From contig OX597828.1 of assembly GCA_951406725.2 (NCBI GenBank), positions 31,930,001 to 31,994,000 on the forward strand: DNA of 64,000 nucleotides. Reading direction: 5' to 3'. The DNA is from Octopus vulgaris (taxonomy: Eukaryota). Made by a program: the position numbers and the translations under genes. Positions within the stretch are counted from its first letter, which is position 1. Each line of letters starts with the position of its first letter. The notes below the pieces were generated by a model. It did no database searches, was not told the origin of the DNA, and saw nothing but the letters and a program-made list of their open reading frames with translations. This document shows, piece by piece, positions 29,900-43,886 of this stretch.

Positions 29900-30240
29900 A
29901 CACTAATGCCACGGTGTGGCCTTTTAAATCTCCGTTCTGCAGCCATTGCCAGGTTCTATTCCAATCAAGCTCATCTTCATTCTTGAAAACCTAAACTGCA
30001 TTTTCTTGTCCTCCCTAATTTTCCTCATCTGCACTTTCTGGTCTTTTTTAATTCGTGTTGGAGCTGCGGCATCGTTCACTTTTAAGGTTCCCTGCATTTT
30101 CACTGTTTCAATCATTTCTTCTTTACTCCCCTTGGCATACCAAGCCAGGCTATTCTCCTCTTCCTTTATACAACCTTCACCACACGCCAATCTCCGCCCT
30201 ACTTCTTTCTTGAGACCTTCCCCCTCCAAAGGTCCCTAAA
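29900..30240 (-). mobile_element. R4/Dong-type LINE internal remnant
   Basis: GRRLA..EGCIKEEENSLAWY and, in another frame, TWQWLQNGDLK; homologous to about 15270-15530. Confidence 0.7.
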
Positions 30241-30290
30241 TATCGGTGGTTTCTAGATGATGAAAGAAACCAAAACACTTCCAGAGGATA

Positions 30291-31378
30291 TCTATATATA
30301 TAAAACTCAACTTGTGTGTCTGTGTGTGTATATGTGTGTGTGTCTGTGTTTTTAACTTCCTGGCACATCTCCTCCTAGCCAACAAATCGTAGAACCACAA
30401 AAAATGGGTCACTTAAAGTTTAGGCGAATGAAAATTGAACTGCGCTATTTCTGTTCCGAAATTCAATTCGCAAGTGCAAAAATCGATAATGTGTTTGTTT
30501 AGGCCTTATCCCATGCACTGAATAGTGAACTTTACTCAGTCAGCTGTTTGACGTGAACTGTGTTCACCACGCGTGCTAGCATGCGTAAATTGCATGAAAA
30601 ATAAAAAAATCAAGATATAAAAACGAATCGCCGTAAACATTGTAGAAATTCGGCAAAGAAATTAATTTTCGGGATGTAGCCGGAAGGGCTTTTTCGTATT
30701 AATCGTTTGGACTTTGTGAACACATACCAATTGTTCTCATAACCTTTTTAACGCTTTGAATTAAATGTGACCATTTTGCCTTGAGGCTGCAGCTTGTATC
30801 ACTTTAACCAAATTTTAGCAGGCCGGATTTATGATCGTCACGATACATCACCAGCGACTCCCTGAAACCCACCCCTGAAATCCCCGTTGAGAAATCTATA
30901 TATATAAAAATCAACTTGTGTGTATGTGTGTGTATCTGTGTGTGTGTGTGTCTGTGTGTTTAACGTTTGGATCTACCAAGTTTCATTATTAAGGTTGGCA
31001 AGTTGTGTGTAGCAAATCTATATATGTAAAGCTGAAGTTGTCTGTGTGTTGCAGGTTTGGTAGCCTTCAACTAACACTATCTCCTTCGATACCCAGCAGC
31101 GCAAGTTGACCAAAATTGAGAGTGTGATAGAAGATAAAATTCAAATCGGACCATGTTAACACCAAAAATTATTTACATCAAAAAGGTGCTTTTTTCTATG
31201 AAAATCCCTATTTTTTTACGATCTTTAACTGTTGTGTCACCATTTTTCGGTGTATTTCAACTGGAAAATTGTTCACTTGAAGAGAATAAGAAGTTGCATA
31301 ATGCACAATTTTTACTTTTCAAAAATGTCGATTCTAAAGGGTCGAAACAAACCCAAGCAACACCGGGTGATACCGCTA

Positions 31379-31379
<1 letters not shown>
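30291..31379 (+). mobile_element. Non-autonomous Helitron-like composite (three 5' termini, one 3' terminus)
   Basis: A|TCTATATAT(A/G)TAAA.. at 30291, 30895 and 31017. Degenerate subterminal hairpin CCCAAGCAACACCGGG, then CTAG|T at 31376-31380. Confidence 0.75.
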
Positions 31380-31417
<38 letters not shown>

Positions 31418-31744
31418 TGCATGTACATACATAGACAAACTCACACATACACACACCACAGATTCACACACCCAGATACACACACATATATATATATATA
31501 TATATGTATGTATATATATTGGATAGTAGGGAGATAAACTAAAGAATAATTAATAGGCACTTTTTTGTTGGGTGACACTGATTTCAATATTTGAGTGATT
31601 ATATCTGGTTGCCTCGATAACAGAAAACTTCAATAATGACTGATGCACCTCTCCGCCTACTGATACATAGACCTTTCTCTATTTATCTCCCTCCCCACCC
31701 TCTTGTGGATGGTAAGCATGTGTGTATCCATATATTACATCTTA

Positions 31745-32000
31745 TTTCAGCAGATATTCGCTTAAGCCCTTTTTCCATGAATGTTTGTTAAACATATATT
31801 AAGCTATTGTGTGAATCATTTTAACTGTCACCACCTGCGTTTTCGTCCAACATTATATATGGATTATATGAAAGATATTAAAACCCAACCACTCAAGTGT
31901 AGCCTCTGGATATAGAAGTAAGTTCTAATGGATCGTTGTGGGAGAAGGTTGTCAAGTATTGCCTATGCAGATGATATTATATAAAGCCTAAGCATGATAT
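31745..32000 (+). mobile_element. Possible reverse-transcriptase remnant
   Basis: SSIAYADDII (YADD at 31964-31975) with an upstream LSP-like trace; no ORF. Confidence 0.35.
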
Positions 32001-33202
32001 TACATTAATATTTATTGGGATAATAATTTCATTGCCAGTTTTTAAAATACAATATTGCATTCATCCAATATATACATAATATCTTATATAAAGCTATGAA
32101 TTTATAATGTCCATTCACTTGAATCCCTTATTTACATCTGATAAATTCGAAATGACAATTACTTTTGGGATTTTATTAAATATCTGCTGAAAGAGATGTT
32201 GCTTGAGATATCTTCTTATAATTAGAATTTTTCATGAAATATGTTTTACTAAAATTTATATCTTTCACAATTAATTTCCTATTGTAAATGCTCCTTAAAT
32301 GCATGTTCTGGCAACAAAACGAAAAATGTTTTAATATTACTCTTGTAATTTATTAACTTTTGTTAAAATGTCAGACTAGACCCCCATGAAACTTCGTTTT
32401 ACGATTATTCATAATTTAAATAAATATTCGATAAATGAGCAATAACCTCGTTATATTTAAAACAATTATTAGAAAAACGCCCAATCAGCAATGCAAATAT
32501 ATCATGCGTAGCACATATATCATACATTGGATAATACGAACGTTTTTGGAAATTTGATGATATATAATATATTTACTACATGAAAATTTATCTATTTGCA
32601 AGTGTTTACAAACTGCTGTTATAAAATTATCCTTTGTGCATTTGTAAAGGTGTGAATCCAGCACCTGTGTGATATTAATTATTGTATATATATGTGAGAA
32701 ATATATCAAGTTAGCAGAGGGAGATATTAATAAAATAATGGAAGATAAAGTCCTTTGAAACAAAGCTGAGACTTTTGTAGCCTGGGCATTTCAGCCTTCC
32801 ATACGATTGTATATACGTACATACCATGAAATCGGCCGATTGAATTACAAATCTTACATCATATTGATAATGCTAATTTAATTCATGTGAGTATCAATTG
32901 AATAATGTCGAAATGTTATGAAATCCCAGTATTTTACTCCTAACTTATAAGCAGAAACTAATCTGTTCTTCAGTTATGGATGTAGATTATAACGGACTTT
33001 ATACACATTCACGTCGTTTTGTAACATCATAGACAAAATTATAAACCCTCACTTTAATGCCCTTAGTACCTGCTTCAAGTAAATTGAGAAATCCGTATAG
33101 AAGACGGAAATATTTTGTACGTGAATGAGATTGTATAAAAATGACCCTGGTGTATAACTTACATTTTACCTGCATTAACGAATGTGTAGCATGTGTGGAA
33201 AT

Positions 33203-33329
<127 letters not shown>

Positions 33330-33811
33330 GCAAACTGAAAGCTGAATGAATTGGGATCTTAGTTCTAAATTTGTACATTTTATAGCAATGGTTTAGGGGG
33401 TCTATACTGAAAATAATAGGATAAATGTTGTTGTGGTAATCTCAGGTCTAAACAATTCATATGAAACATAATAGTATGCCTTCCTGCGTTACGAAAAGAA
33501 ATTTTCTAAGCACTTGTGCGAATATTTAAAGGTATATATGCTGCAAATCAACTTACGGTAGATCAAGCACTTAATATTCTCGCGAAGACATAGATTTGTA
33601 CCTAAACAAATTTTGTCAGATATGAATCCTTTTTGCAAGATATTTGAACGATAGGAGGCTTTTGCTGGTAAAAGCTTCGAAGGAAAACAACAGCAGGAGT
33701 AAACTGGTAAACTGCGCTTTCGCATGGAGATATTTTAAAATCAGTCTGACACCACCCTTAACACAGAAGCGTCCGCTATACCTCAATGACACAAGTGACT
33801 ATATATATGTT

Positions 33812-33905
<94 letters not shown>

Positions 33906-34721
33906 AATTCATAATAAGTCCAACAAACCGCTCATTAATATACTATTTTTACATCATATAACTTGCAGCTTCAATCTACGTTTGCACATTGCAGAATATC
34001 TTTCTCAACCGAATACTCTGTTGATCAATGACTATATTTATTCTTACACTGAGTAGGGTGGTAATGCTGTACTATACATTTATTGAATTACATTTGACAG
34101 AGTAATGCGAATTATATTACCGGGAAGATTAATCTTAAATACAAATACAATATTTAAAACTTCTCTCACGTACTTTTAGTAGGTCCATTTTCGAGGATAT
34201 GACATAATGTTGTACTGGAATATTTTTATTTTCTCTTCATAATCTACTAGTGTGTACAATTACATTTATTCACATTCAGGCCTTGGGCAAAGCACTGAAT
34301 TAGTAAAAAGCAGCAAGCAATGTCTTGAGACTTGACAACTCGACAGGAGTAATTTAGTCATTTCAACATATCAGCGGTATATGAAGGAAAATTAATGTAA
34401 GTTGCCTTAGACGACAGACAAATAATAATTCCATAAATTTGATGGAGAACTAATATTCCGAAGAATAATTAATTATCACTAAAATAGCAGAAATGCCATC
34501 GGATGAATATTTATTGTTTATATATTGATGATATTCTCTGTAGATTGGCTCAAATATAGATCATGGAATTTGGTATTTGTGATTTATATAATAACATTCT
34601 TGATACTGTTTTAAAGCGATTAATCTCACAAAATAATTCGCAGTTTATGCCAACGAATTTACAACGTAAGTTAACGCTTGTGTATAAAAGAATAAATATT
34701 TATGTACATTCAATCATAGAG

Positions 34722-34778
<57 letters not shown>

Positions 34779-34849
34779 TAATCGCTGCTGTAGTTGGTGT
34801 TACTATCTATTATTATTATTTCATGAGAACATCCAGCTATTTTGCTGTA

Positions 34850-35230
34850 TGTGATAGAAGGTGTCAGTCAGCAGACTAAGTTGAAACTTGTTTACTGATC
34901 ATGCTTCAGGACCTTTGTGAGAACTATTACACTCCGGAGCAATGATGTTTTTGGAGATTTCTATCTTTACATTTGCACCGATCTCTTTGAGCCATGTTTG
35001 TAATGGAGTGAGGACACTTCCAAACGCACCAATTATATCTGCTATCGCGTCCACTCTCTTCATTGTTCACAACCTCCGTATATTCCAGGTTGCTTCTTAA
35101 TTTACTTTGATTTTGTTTTCACCGAGACATGGTGCGTCAATCATCCTGCAAGTTTATTTTTGTTTTTTGTTCACGACAACAATTTCAGTTGTCTGTCCTG
35201 TAATCTAGTGGTCACATTGAATCATTATTG
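34850..35230 (-). mobile_element. R4/Dong-type RLE 3' remnant
   Basis: Minus strand MIQCDH*I..EIVVVNKK..CRMIDAPC..IIGAFGSV..WLKEIG..; short (TTA)n near both ends. Confidence 0.75.
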
Positions 35231-36273
35231 CATCCCACGAAATTTTGCAATTATTATTATTATTCTCATATACAAACAACGGCTTAGACAGTTGGAAAAG
35301 AAAGAAAACCTAGCATCGCGCTACAAGTTATTATTACGATTATCAATAATATTAATACGCCAATTTGTTTTTTGCACGTACCTGACGCGAGTGTCACGAT
35401 TAAGAGAAATAAATTGTTGAAAGAAATTTTGTTGCATAAATAAAAACAAAAAAAAACTATGTCTCTCGAAACCGCTACCTATGTGTTGTGTTACCTACAT
35501 GTCAACACACATGCCTACTGGGCGATCGTAGCAGCAACAACCTTAATAAGAAAATTAAGATACTTCAATTTGATGCGCGTGTCAAGCAAGCGAGAGAGGT
35601 AATGAGAGAGAAAGAGAGAGAGAGACGACGACATGAAACCGAGTGGCTGATAGGTATTTCAATTCTAAGATCGAAATGAAATTGACCCCTGGGATATTAA
35701 AGGCCCAACCACACATACATATTTGAATTCGGCTATACACCAGATAACATAGACAGACTTACGTTCCGAAATTTAAATTTTGAATTTGTTATAATTATCA
35801 GATTACACCTCAGCTAAAAAATTTGTTTTAAATATAAAGTTTCCCCTCAACCCCAAAAAACACAACTTGTGGCTTTCGATTAAAACCGTTTCGTTTCTCT
35901 TTCTACATTTTTCTTGTATCAAGTAATGCACGAAATAATTTGGAAATATTGAATACATAAACCGAACAAAATAATAAAAAAATATTAATTCTATTTTCTC
36001 CCTTTCTTTGATACTAACAAATACCTCTCCGCCACTCTGACGTCAACTGTCTCCCCCTCCCTCTCTCTCTCTCTACCTCTCTCAGAGAATGTGAAAGAGA
36101 AAGTGAGAGCGAAATAACGTAAAAGAATAAAAAATACGAGGAAAATGTTCCCTACCACTAAACCAAGAAGGTTCTATGAATATGTACAATAACGCTAAAT
36201 AGTAGATTTCTTTACGTTTGCGTAATTATCGGTTTTACACTTCTCTCTATATTATGTATCAGGCTCAGTATAC

Positions 36274-36491
36274 CTTTTCTACGGTAGGCACAAGTACCAA
36301 CACTTTTAGTGGGGAGGGGGTCAATCGATTAGATCGACGACAGTACACAACTGGTACTTAATTTATTGTCACCGAATGGATGAACGGCAAAGTCAACTTC
36401 GGCAGAATTTGAACTCAGAACGTTAAGACAGACGAAATACCGCTAACTATTTCGCCCGGTGTGCTAACGATTTTGCCAGCTCTCCGCCTTT
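36274..36491 (-). mobile_element. SINE family A, full length
   Basis: 'ctggtacttaatttattgtcaccgaatggatgaacggcaaagtcaacttcggcagaatttgaactcagaacg..tgctaacgattttgccagctctccgcc'. Confidence 0.9.
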
Positions 36492-36596
36492 AACTGTCAC
36501 AATATAGGAACATTTCTCTTGGCACCAGCACACAATTTACAGATGCTTACATTTTTTTAATTTTCCGTGAATTTTTCACGGGTGCACCTAGTAGTT

Positions 36597-36597
<1 letters not shown>

Positions 36598-36663
<66 letters not shown>

Positions 36664-36688
36664 TAATAATAATAATACCAACAACAAC

Positions 36689-36762
<74 letters not shown>

Positions 36763-36770
36763 TAATAATA
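36598..36770. repeat. (TAA)n microsatellite
   Basis: Direct inspection. Confidence 0.97.
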
Positions 36771-37424
36771 ACTAGCGTATATCTTTTAGGAAGTATGGCA
36801 ATGGTAGTATCAAAAAATTGATGTCAATAAACTATATGAGGCAGTATATTTCAGTCATTCGGTTCATTATATTCTCATTTAAAATATTAGTCGCCCCGCT
36901 ATAAATGAAATATTTAAACTACCGTAAAACTGTCTATTGTGGAAAAGAATACAGATACAACTTTTATTGCGTTTCCAAAGGAAGGTCTTCCTGCAGTGTT
37001 TGCAACCTTCTTACTATACACTTTATTAATAGTTTTGCAAATATGATTCATAGATATAACGAATTGTGACTACAAACCGGCGCGTACACACGAGTGTATG
37101 CTGATATATATGATATATGGCTCTAAATATAAATGAATGTGTGTGTGTGGGAGAGTGTGGGTGTATTTCTGTGTGTGTATTCAAACAGATCTTTCAAACG
37201 TATATGACAGAAAATATGTACAGTGTTGGGTCTGAGGTAATAAGGGTATAATCTATAATTGTACGAAAACAGACGAATAAAAGTTAGTAATATACATATA
37301 TACTTAAATACACGCATACATACAGATACATGCATGCACACATCTCTCCATCTAGCTAGCTATCGATCTGTCTGTCTATATATCTAGTTATCTATATCTA
37401 TATCTATATCTATATATATGTATG

Positions 37425-37488
<64 letters not shown>

Positions 37489-37964
37489 TACAAATATACA
37501 TATATTTGTATATAGATATAAATATACACATATGAATATATATGTATTTCGTCTTATTGTTTTATTTTTTATGGAAGGCCATAAAATGTTATATAGAAGT
37601 ATGGGGATGCATTTGTGTCTGCGTGTATGGATGTGCGTCTTAATGTCTGTGGAGCAAAAAACCATAAATTACTAACCAAGTTCCGTCCGAACCTGCAATT
37701 AATTTCGGTTCATTTTTGCAATACATTAGGATATATTACACTATCCTTTTTATACCAATAATTCTGTCCTATTAGCTGAGCAGCTCTTCTTTTATGTCTC
37801 TGTATGTGTGTGTGTGTGTACGTGTGAGTGTGTATGTGTATACATATATGTATAGACGTATATATGGGAATATATCCAGCTTGATGAATGACTATGTTCT
37901 TTTATTTCCATATACTGATATTTCTCCCTCTTTACATACAATATACATTTAATAAAGCTGAAGA

Positions 37965-38045
<81 letters not shown>

Positions 38046-38057
38046 GATATGGACATT

Positions 38058-38101
<44 letters not shown>

Positions 38102-38116
38102 CAGAGAGATATGGAC

Positions 38117-38161
<45 letters not shown>

Positions 38162-38639
38162 TTTATGTATGTATGCATAATGAATGTTAAACAGTCTACC
38201 TATCATATCCTTGCCCAAATATATCAGCATTTCTTTTAACGTGTGTTTATTCTTTTATTTTCTTTTTATTACTCACACTTCGAGTGAGCATACGTAGATG
38301 TCGAAGAAGTTCATTATTCTATTCATGGTAATACAGTGACTTATTTTTCAGTCCATAATAATGTTCTGTATTTTTAAGAAATATATATATATATATAGAA
38401 ATGAAATTTGCTTCTACTGGTCGGAGCATAAATGCTCGGAGTTCAAGTTGGTCACCACTCGACGTGCTGCGTTTGAAGGAAATGTGATCTATTGGATCTA
38501 AATATAAAATCCTGTCAAAGGAATGAAACTCTTGAAAAGAAATTAGCCGGAGACCTAATTCTAAACGGGTTCAGTCAGAATCCACTAAAATCATAATGAA
38601 AACCAAAAGCAGGTAGGGTTTGGATAAAAGGGGAAAATT

Positions 38640-39170
38640 TCCCCAGTATCGGAAGAATAGAAATACAATGAGAAAGACTTTCACGGGATCTGTTGTAGAA
38701 ATATGTGACATGCATTCCTTCACAATTAACGCTATTTCCTGTTAAATACGAATAGGGAGTATTAGTCATCAACAGACCTACACCTTTATTTGAAGCTATA
38801 TTTGCTTACAACATTCATTTGATTGTTTTTCGAGTAGAGCTGCGTTTTTCGTAGATAAACTCATGATGCAAGCATGTAGCTGATATGTCGGTTTAGACAT
38901 GATGTCAATTCAAGTCAGTCATACATAAGCCTATAATGATCTTGTAAATGGCCACATTAATTTCCCTACATAAGATTGGTAATCTTTCAAGGATGCTTTG
39001 CAATTTCTGGGATGCTTCCTTTTCCTTTCATTTGACAAAAGCAACAATACCCTTGATGAAATATCTGAGCTGTTCCGACGAACTGTAAACTGTACACCAT
39101 GACTTTTTCCTTTTCCTTCTGCCTCGGTATACAAAATCAATGTCTTCCATAATCGTTGCCTGTGCAAATA
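38640..39170 (-). mobile_element. Possible decayed APE-endonuclease LINE remnants
   Basis: Minus-strand KGVGLLM and HGVQFTV resemble the APE 'GVG' motif; very degenerate. Confidence 0.3.
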
Positions 39171-39289
39171 GTTCAACAGAATATAAAATGAATATATGGT
39201 GTATCATTTGCTCTAGTCACTCAGAATACCATATATATGTATATATATACACCCACCCATGTATATATATATATATATATATATATTAT

Positions 39290-39543
39290 TTATGCGCCTT
39301 TTCAAAGCCTAGCCAGGCTCATAGACCCGGTTTCTATGGCGTTTGTCTTCCCCCTTTTTGGACGGGACGCCATTCCATCGCAGCATTACTCAAGAAACAG
39401 GAAGAAAGAGTAATATAAAATTGGGGCGAAAGAGTACAACAGGGATCGCCACCAACCCCTGCTGGAGCTTCGTGGAGCTTTGGCTAAATAAACCCACACA
39501 ACGCCTGGTCTGGCAATCGAAACCGCGATCCTCCGACCGTGAA
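39290..39543 (-). mobile_element. tRNA-derived SINE, family D, head slightly truncated
   Basis: Minus strand 'cacggtcggaggatcgcggtttcgattgccagacc' (B-box region) and 'gatggaatggcgtcccgtcca'; GC-rich island between (TA)n tracts. Confidence 0.7.
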
Positions 39544-39544
39544 A

Positions 39545-39577
<33 letters not shown>

Positions 39578-39925
39578 TGTGTGTGCATGTATGTGTGTGT
39601 GTGTGTGCGCGTGTGTGTATGTATGCATGCTTGCATGTATGTATATAGAAGTTTAAAAACTAAACTTTATCAGAAAGTCGTGTGTGTTTGTGTGTATGTG
39701 CAAATTACAAGAGATGGATTGTGGTTCGTTACAGCAGTTTGAGACGTGATTTTATTGTAGAAAAAATGTGCAAAACACATTTTCGTTAGATGAATACATG
39801 TAAGAGTAAAACACTTTTAGCTTTTCAATAAACGTGCTGTCTTTTTACTCTAGGGACCAAACTTCAGTCAGATATATTAAGAAAGTACTCTAGTATGTAA
39901 TTATACAGAAGAACGGTTAGCTGAC

Positions 39926-39985
<60 letters not shown>

Positions 39986-40030
39986 TACAGCTTAAAGCTT
40001 AACATAATTCACCATATATATCTATATCTA

Positions 40031-40075
<45 letters not shown>

Positions 40076-40085
40076 CTATCTCTCC

Positions 40086-40167
<82 letters not shown>

Positions 40168-40172
<5 letters not shown>

Positions 40173-40375
40173 ATCCAAACATGAAAACATAACGAGAAAA
40201 CGCAAAAACGTGAGGACGCAGAACAAGTATAGTGTTATTGTACGCTCAAGAAATTAGGAAAGAAGGAGATTTTAACGTTTTGAGCGGAGCTCTTAGTCAG
40301 AAACGTAAGAACAGAAAGATCCAAAGAAGGGAAGATGGAGGAAAAAAAAAATGCCAACGGTACACTCGCGGTCAC

Positions 40376-40379
<4 letters not shown>
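40168..40379 (-). mobile_element. Short element flanked by (TA)n on both sides, with decayed minimal hammerhead (40270-40304)
   Basis: Minus strand GTTT-CTGACtA-A GAGC tcc GCTC-aAAA-CG-TT-AAAa; homologous to 60800-60965. Confidence 0.7.
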
Positions 40380-40429
<50 letters not shown>

Positions 40430-40434
<5 letters not shown>

Positions 40435-40685
40435 CGCTGGCGTGGCTGTGTGGTAAGAAGTTTTATTAGATGTGACTGTGTTTGACCCCACCACCGGTGT
40501 TGGGGTGTTTGTGTTCCCATAATTTAGCAGTTCGACAACAGTCCGATATAATATATGTCCCTGGATTAACAAAAATGCGTTCAGGGGTTGATTAATTCCA
40601 CTAAAAAAAGTTTCTTGGAGGCGTTGTCCCAGTATGGGCGCAGTCTAATCACTGGGAAAAGTAAGAGAGGAAACGAAAGAATGAT
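40430..40685 (+). mobile_element. SINE family B, internally deleted
   Basis: Head 'ataggcgctggcgtggctgtgtggtaagaag' joined to the 3' half; an extra tail copy lies at about 40912-40983. Confidence 0.75.
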
Positions 40686-40728
40686 AGGCGCAGGTGTGTC
40701 TGTGGGTGAAAGATAGATAGATAGATAT

Positions 40729-40793
<65 letters not shown>

Positions 40794-40984
40794 AAGATAG
40801 ATACATACCTACATACATACATACATGCGTACAGACATAAATACTTACAATTATTTTACTTTTAATGATCATCTAGTTTTGGTATGTCCTTTTCGAATAT
40901 AAATCGGAAACGTCTTGAAGGCGATACCCCAGCAATGCCGCAGTCAAATGACTGAAACAAGGAAAAGTTATGAGATAAAAGATT

Positions 40985-41655
40985 ATGTATGCCATTGTTC
41001 AGTTATATTTCAAGATATTTTTGCCAATAAAGAAAGAGCCGGTCTCTAACCTAGATTCAGGGCTCCTTCATTGGAATTTCAACATCAACAACCGGGTATG
41101 TATGCATGTATGTATGTATGTATGTATGTATGTATGTATGTATGTATGTATGTATGTATATATGTGCAGATTTGTATGTATATATGTGCAGATTTGTATG
41201 TTTTGCTTTCTGTATGTATTCTCATATCTAAACATGGTCATATATATTTAAATGATAAACTTCTGAAAAGTTTTACAGTTCTGCTGATGGATTGGATCTG
41301 TAGACTCCCAATTAGATTTCTCATATCTGGTTTTGAGAAGCCTAATTTCTCAGATGTTTGATAATTAAGCAGTGTGTTACATATCGCAGGACGCCAATAA
41401 GTACATGTATAAACCTAACTTGTAAACTGGATAGAGTAACTGCAAATCTCTGAATAATTCTGCGTAGGAATTCTTTTGTTCACTGATCCTCAGCTCTATG
41501 TTAACATCCGCTGGGCAGCTTATTTCAAAAACTGTGCGCAGTTTCTCTTCTCTAACCCAAATCATTATTTCAAGTCTGTTGTTCTTAAATTTTCTTGAAG
41601 TCTTCACCGAGACATTCCACCAGTACTCATTCTATTATGAGTGGCAATATTTTCA
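40985..41655 (-). mobile_element. RLE-type LINE 3' fragment associated with (TACA)n
   Basis: KNNRLEIMIWVREEKLRTVFEISCPADVNIELRISEQKNSYAELFRDLQLLYPVYK is an RLE domain with a degenerate PD..E/D motif. The 3' UTR ends in 'ggcatacata'; (TATG)n lies inside and upstream. Confidence 0.75.
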
Positions 41656-41673
41656 TGTATGTATGTATGTATG

Positions 41674-41704
<31 letters not shown>

Positions 41705-42489
41705 AGATAGATAGATATAGATAGATAAATTCGAAGAAATGTGTGTATATATGTCTAAGTGTGTACCTCAATAAATGGAAATGGAGAGAAAGAGAGAAAC
41801 AAAATACAATAGCATTAAAAACTCGTTATGTATCTGGTGCTCATAGTTGTTTAAAAAATTGCAGTTTATCACTGAAATTCATACACTCAATCTTGTGTAT
41901 TTTTTCTGTTTGTATGAGCGGGTGACTAGACTGATTTATATCTCCTTCTGGAAGACCAACCGATGTTAAAGTTCACACTGTATATTGATCCGTATTTCTA
42001 ATAAATATTCGCCGAGCATATTAATATGCATATACACTAAATGTAACAGAAAACAGATAGGAAAATCAACATTCAGCAGTAAAATACATGATAACTATAA
42101 ATTTGAGGAGAGAAAAAACATGTACAACACGAAATAGAAGCACTTATTTGTATATTTACAGATATGACTAGGAAAATCTGTACCAATGCACACAAAGAGA
42201 CGTTGATGAGTTTGTAAGGTAATGAAATGAATAATAAAAAAGTATAATTTAAAACAGTAAAACTTAAAATCATATCACTTTGAGGATAAGGAATGCAAAA
42301 ATTTGCTGGGCTCCAAGAGATGTTATCTAACTCTCTGCCTATCTATCTTCCTATAATTTTCTCTATCTTTCTCGCTCACTCTCCTCCCCTTCTCTCTACA
42401 TATGGATGTCTATATAATTTTATAAATATATATATATAAATAAATACACACACACATATATATTTATATATATAGATACATACATATCT

Positions 42490-42674
42490 ATTTCTTTATT
42501 ACAAACGTGGAGCTAAACACAGAGGGGAGAAACAAGGACAGACATAGGTATTGAGTCGAAAGGATGAAAGGCAAAGTCGAACTCGGCGGAATTTGAACTC
42601 GGAATGTAACGACAGACAAAATACCGCTAAGCATTTCGCCCGGTCTACTAACGTTTCTGCCAGCTTGCCGCCTT
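42490..42674 (-). mobile_element. SINE family A, internally deleted
   Basis: 'cgaaaggatgaaaggcaaagtcgaactcggcggaatttgaactcgg..ctaacgtttctgccagcttgccgcc'. Confidence 0.85.
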
Positions 42675-42679
42675 CTACA

Positions 42680-42860
42680 TACCTACCTACCTACCTGCAT
42701 ACATACATACATACATACATATATACATACATACATACATACATACATACATACATACATACATACATACATGCATGCATGCATGCCTACATACATACAT
42801 ACATTCATACATACATACATACATACATACATACATACATACATACATACATACATACAT
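42680..42860. repeat. (TACA)n microsatellite
   Basis: Direct inspection. Confidence 0.97.
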
Positions 42861-42884
42861 ACCATAAATACAAATATATACAAT

Positions 42885-43189
42885 GGACTCTCCCGTCGTT
42901 AGACGACGTATGAGGGTTCGGCAATTCCTTACTTATCGAACAAGTACACAGATGATTTGTTGATATTCATCAAATGCTTGTGTGCACGTAATCTCACTCC
43001 TTTCATCAGATCGACATTACCATCAGAAGTGCAAATGGGTCTCACGTGACACATGTCGAAATGATCGCAGAACAACGGGACATGAAGTCTTTTGCTCTAG
43101 AACAAAACTAAACGTCCGGTCTGGGACTCGAAACCACAATCTCGAAATCGTGAGCACATCAAATTAACCACTCGGCTATGCGCCTTCAC
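42885..43189 (-). mobile_element. Old SINE related to family C
   Basis: Ends 'gactctcccgtcgttagacgacg..gagggtt' and 'gggactcgaaaccacaatctcgaaatcgtgagc..taaccactcggctatgcgccttcac' parallel 22793-23113. Confidence 0.7.
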
Positions 43190-43269
43190 TACACACATAC
43201 ACACACACACACACTCACACGCGTACACACACACACACACACACAGATAAACACACACACACAAACACA

Positions 43270-43309
<40 letters not shown>

Positions 43310-43365
43310 TTTATGTATGTATGTATGTATATATATATGTGTGTGTGTATGTATGTATTTATAAG

Positions 43366-43415
<50 letters not shown>

Positions 43416-43464
43416 CATATATATATATATATATATGAATGTATGTATGTACGTATGTATGTAT

Positions 43465-43886
43465 ACTCTTTTTACTCTTTAACTTGTTTCAGTCATTTGA
43501 CTGCGGCCTTGCTGGAGCACCGCCGTTAATCGAACATCTCGAACATCTCGAGCCCGGGACTTATACTTTTGTAAGTCCAGTACTTATTCTATCGGTCTCT
43601 TTTGCCGAACCGCTAAGTGACGGGGACGCAAACACACCAAAATCGGTTGTCAAGCAATGCTAGGGGAACAAACACAGACACACAAACACACACACATACA
43701 TATATATATATACATATATACGACAGGCTTCTTTCAGATTCCGTCTACCAAATCCACTCACAAGGCATTGGTCGACCCGGGGCTATAGCAGAAGAAACCT
43801 GCCCAAGATGCCACGTAGTGGGACTGAACCCGGAACCATGTGGTTGGTTAGCAAGCTACTTACCACACAGCCACTCCTGCGCCTAT
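43465..43886 (-). mobile_element. Full-length tRNA-derived SINE, family B, with internal (TA)/(TG) repeat
   Basis: Minus strand 'taggcgcaggagtggctgtgtggtaag' (A box), 'ggttcagtccc' (B box), 'catcttgggcag..', tail 'aaatgactgaaacaag..aagagtaaaaagag'. Confidence 0.92.

Noticed and set aside
37965-38160. Repeated 'cagagatatggacattt' separated by (TA)n, superficially repeat-spacer-like
   Set aside because: Only two units and the spacers are TA microsatellite; a slippage duplication, not CRISPR.
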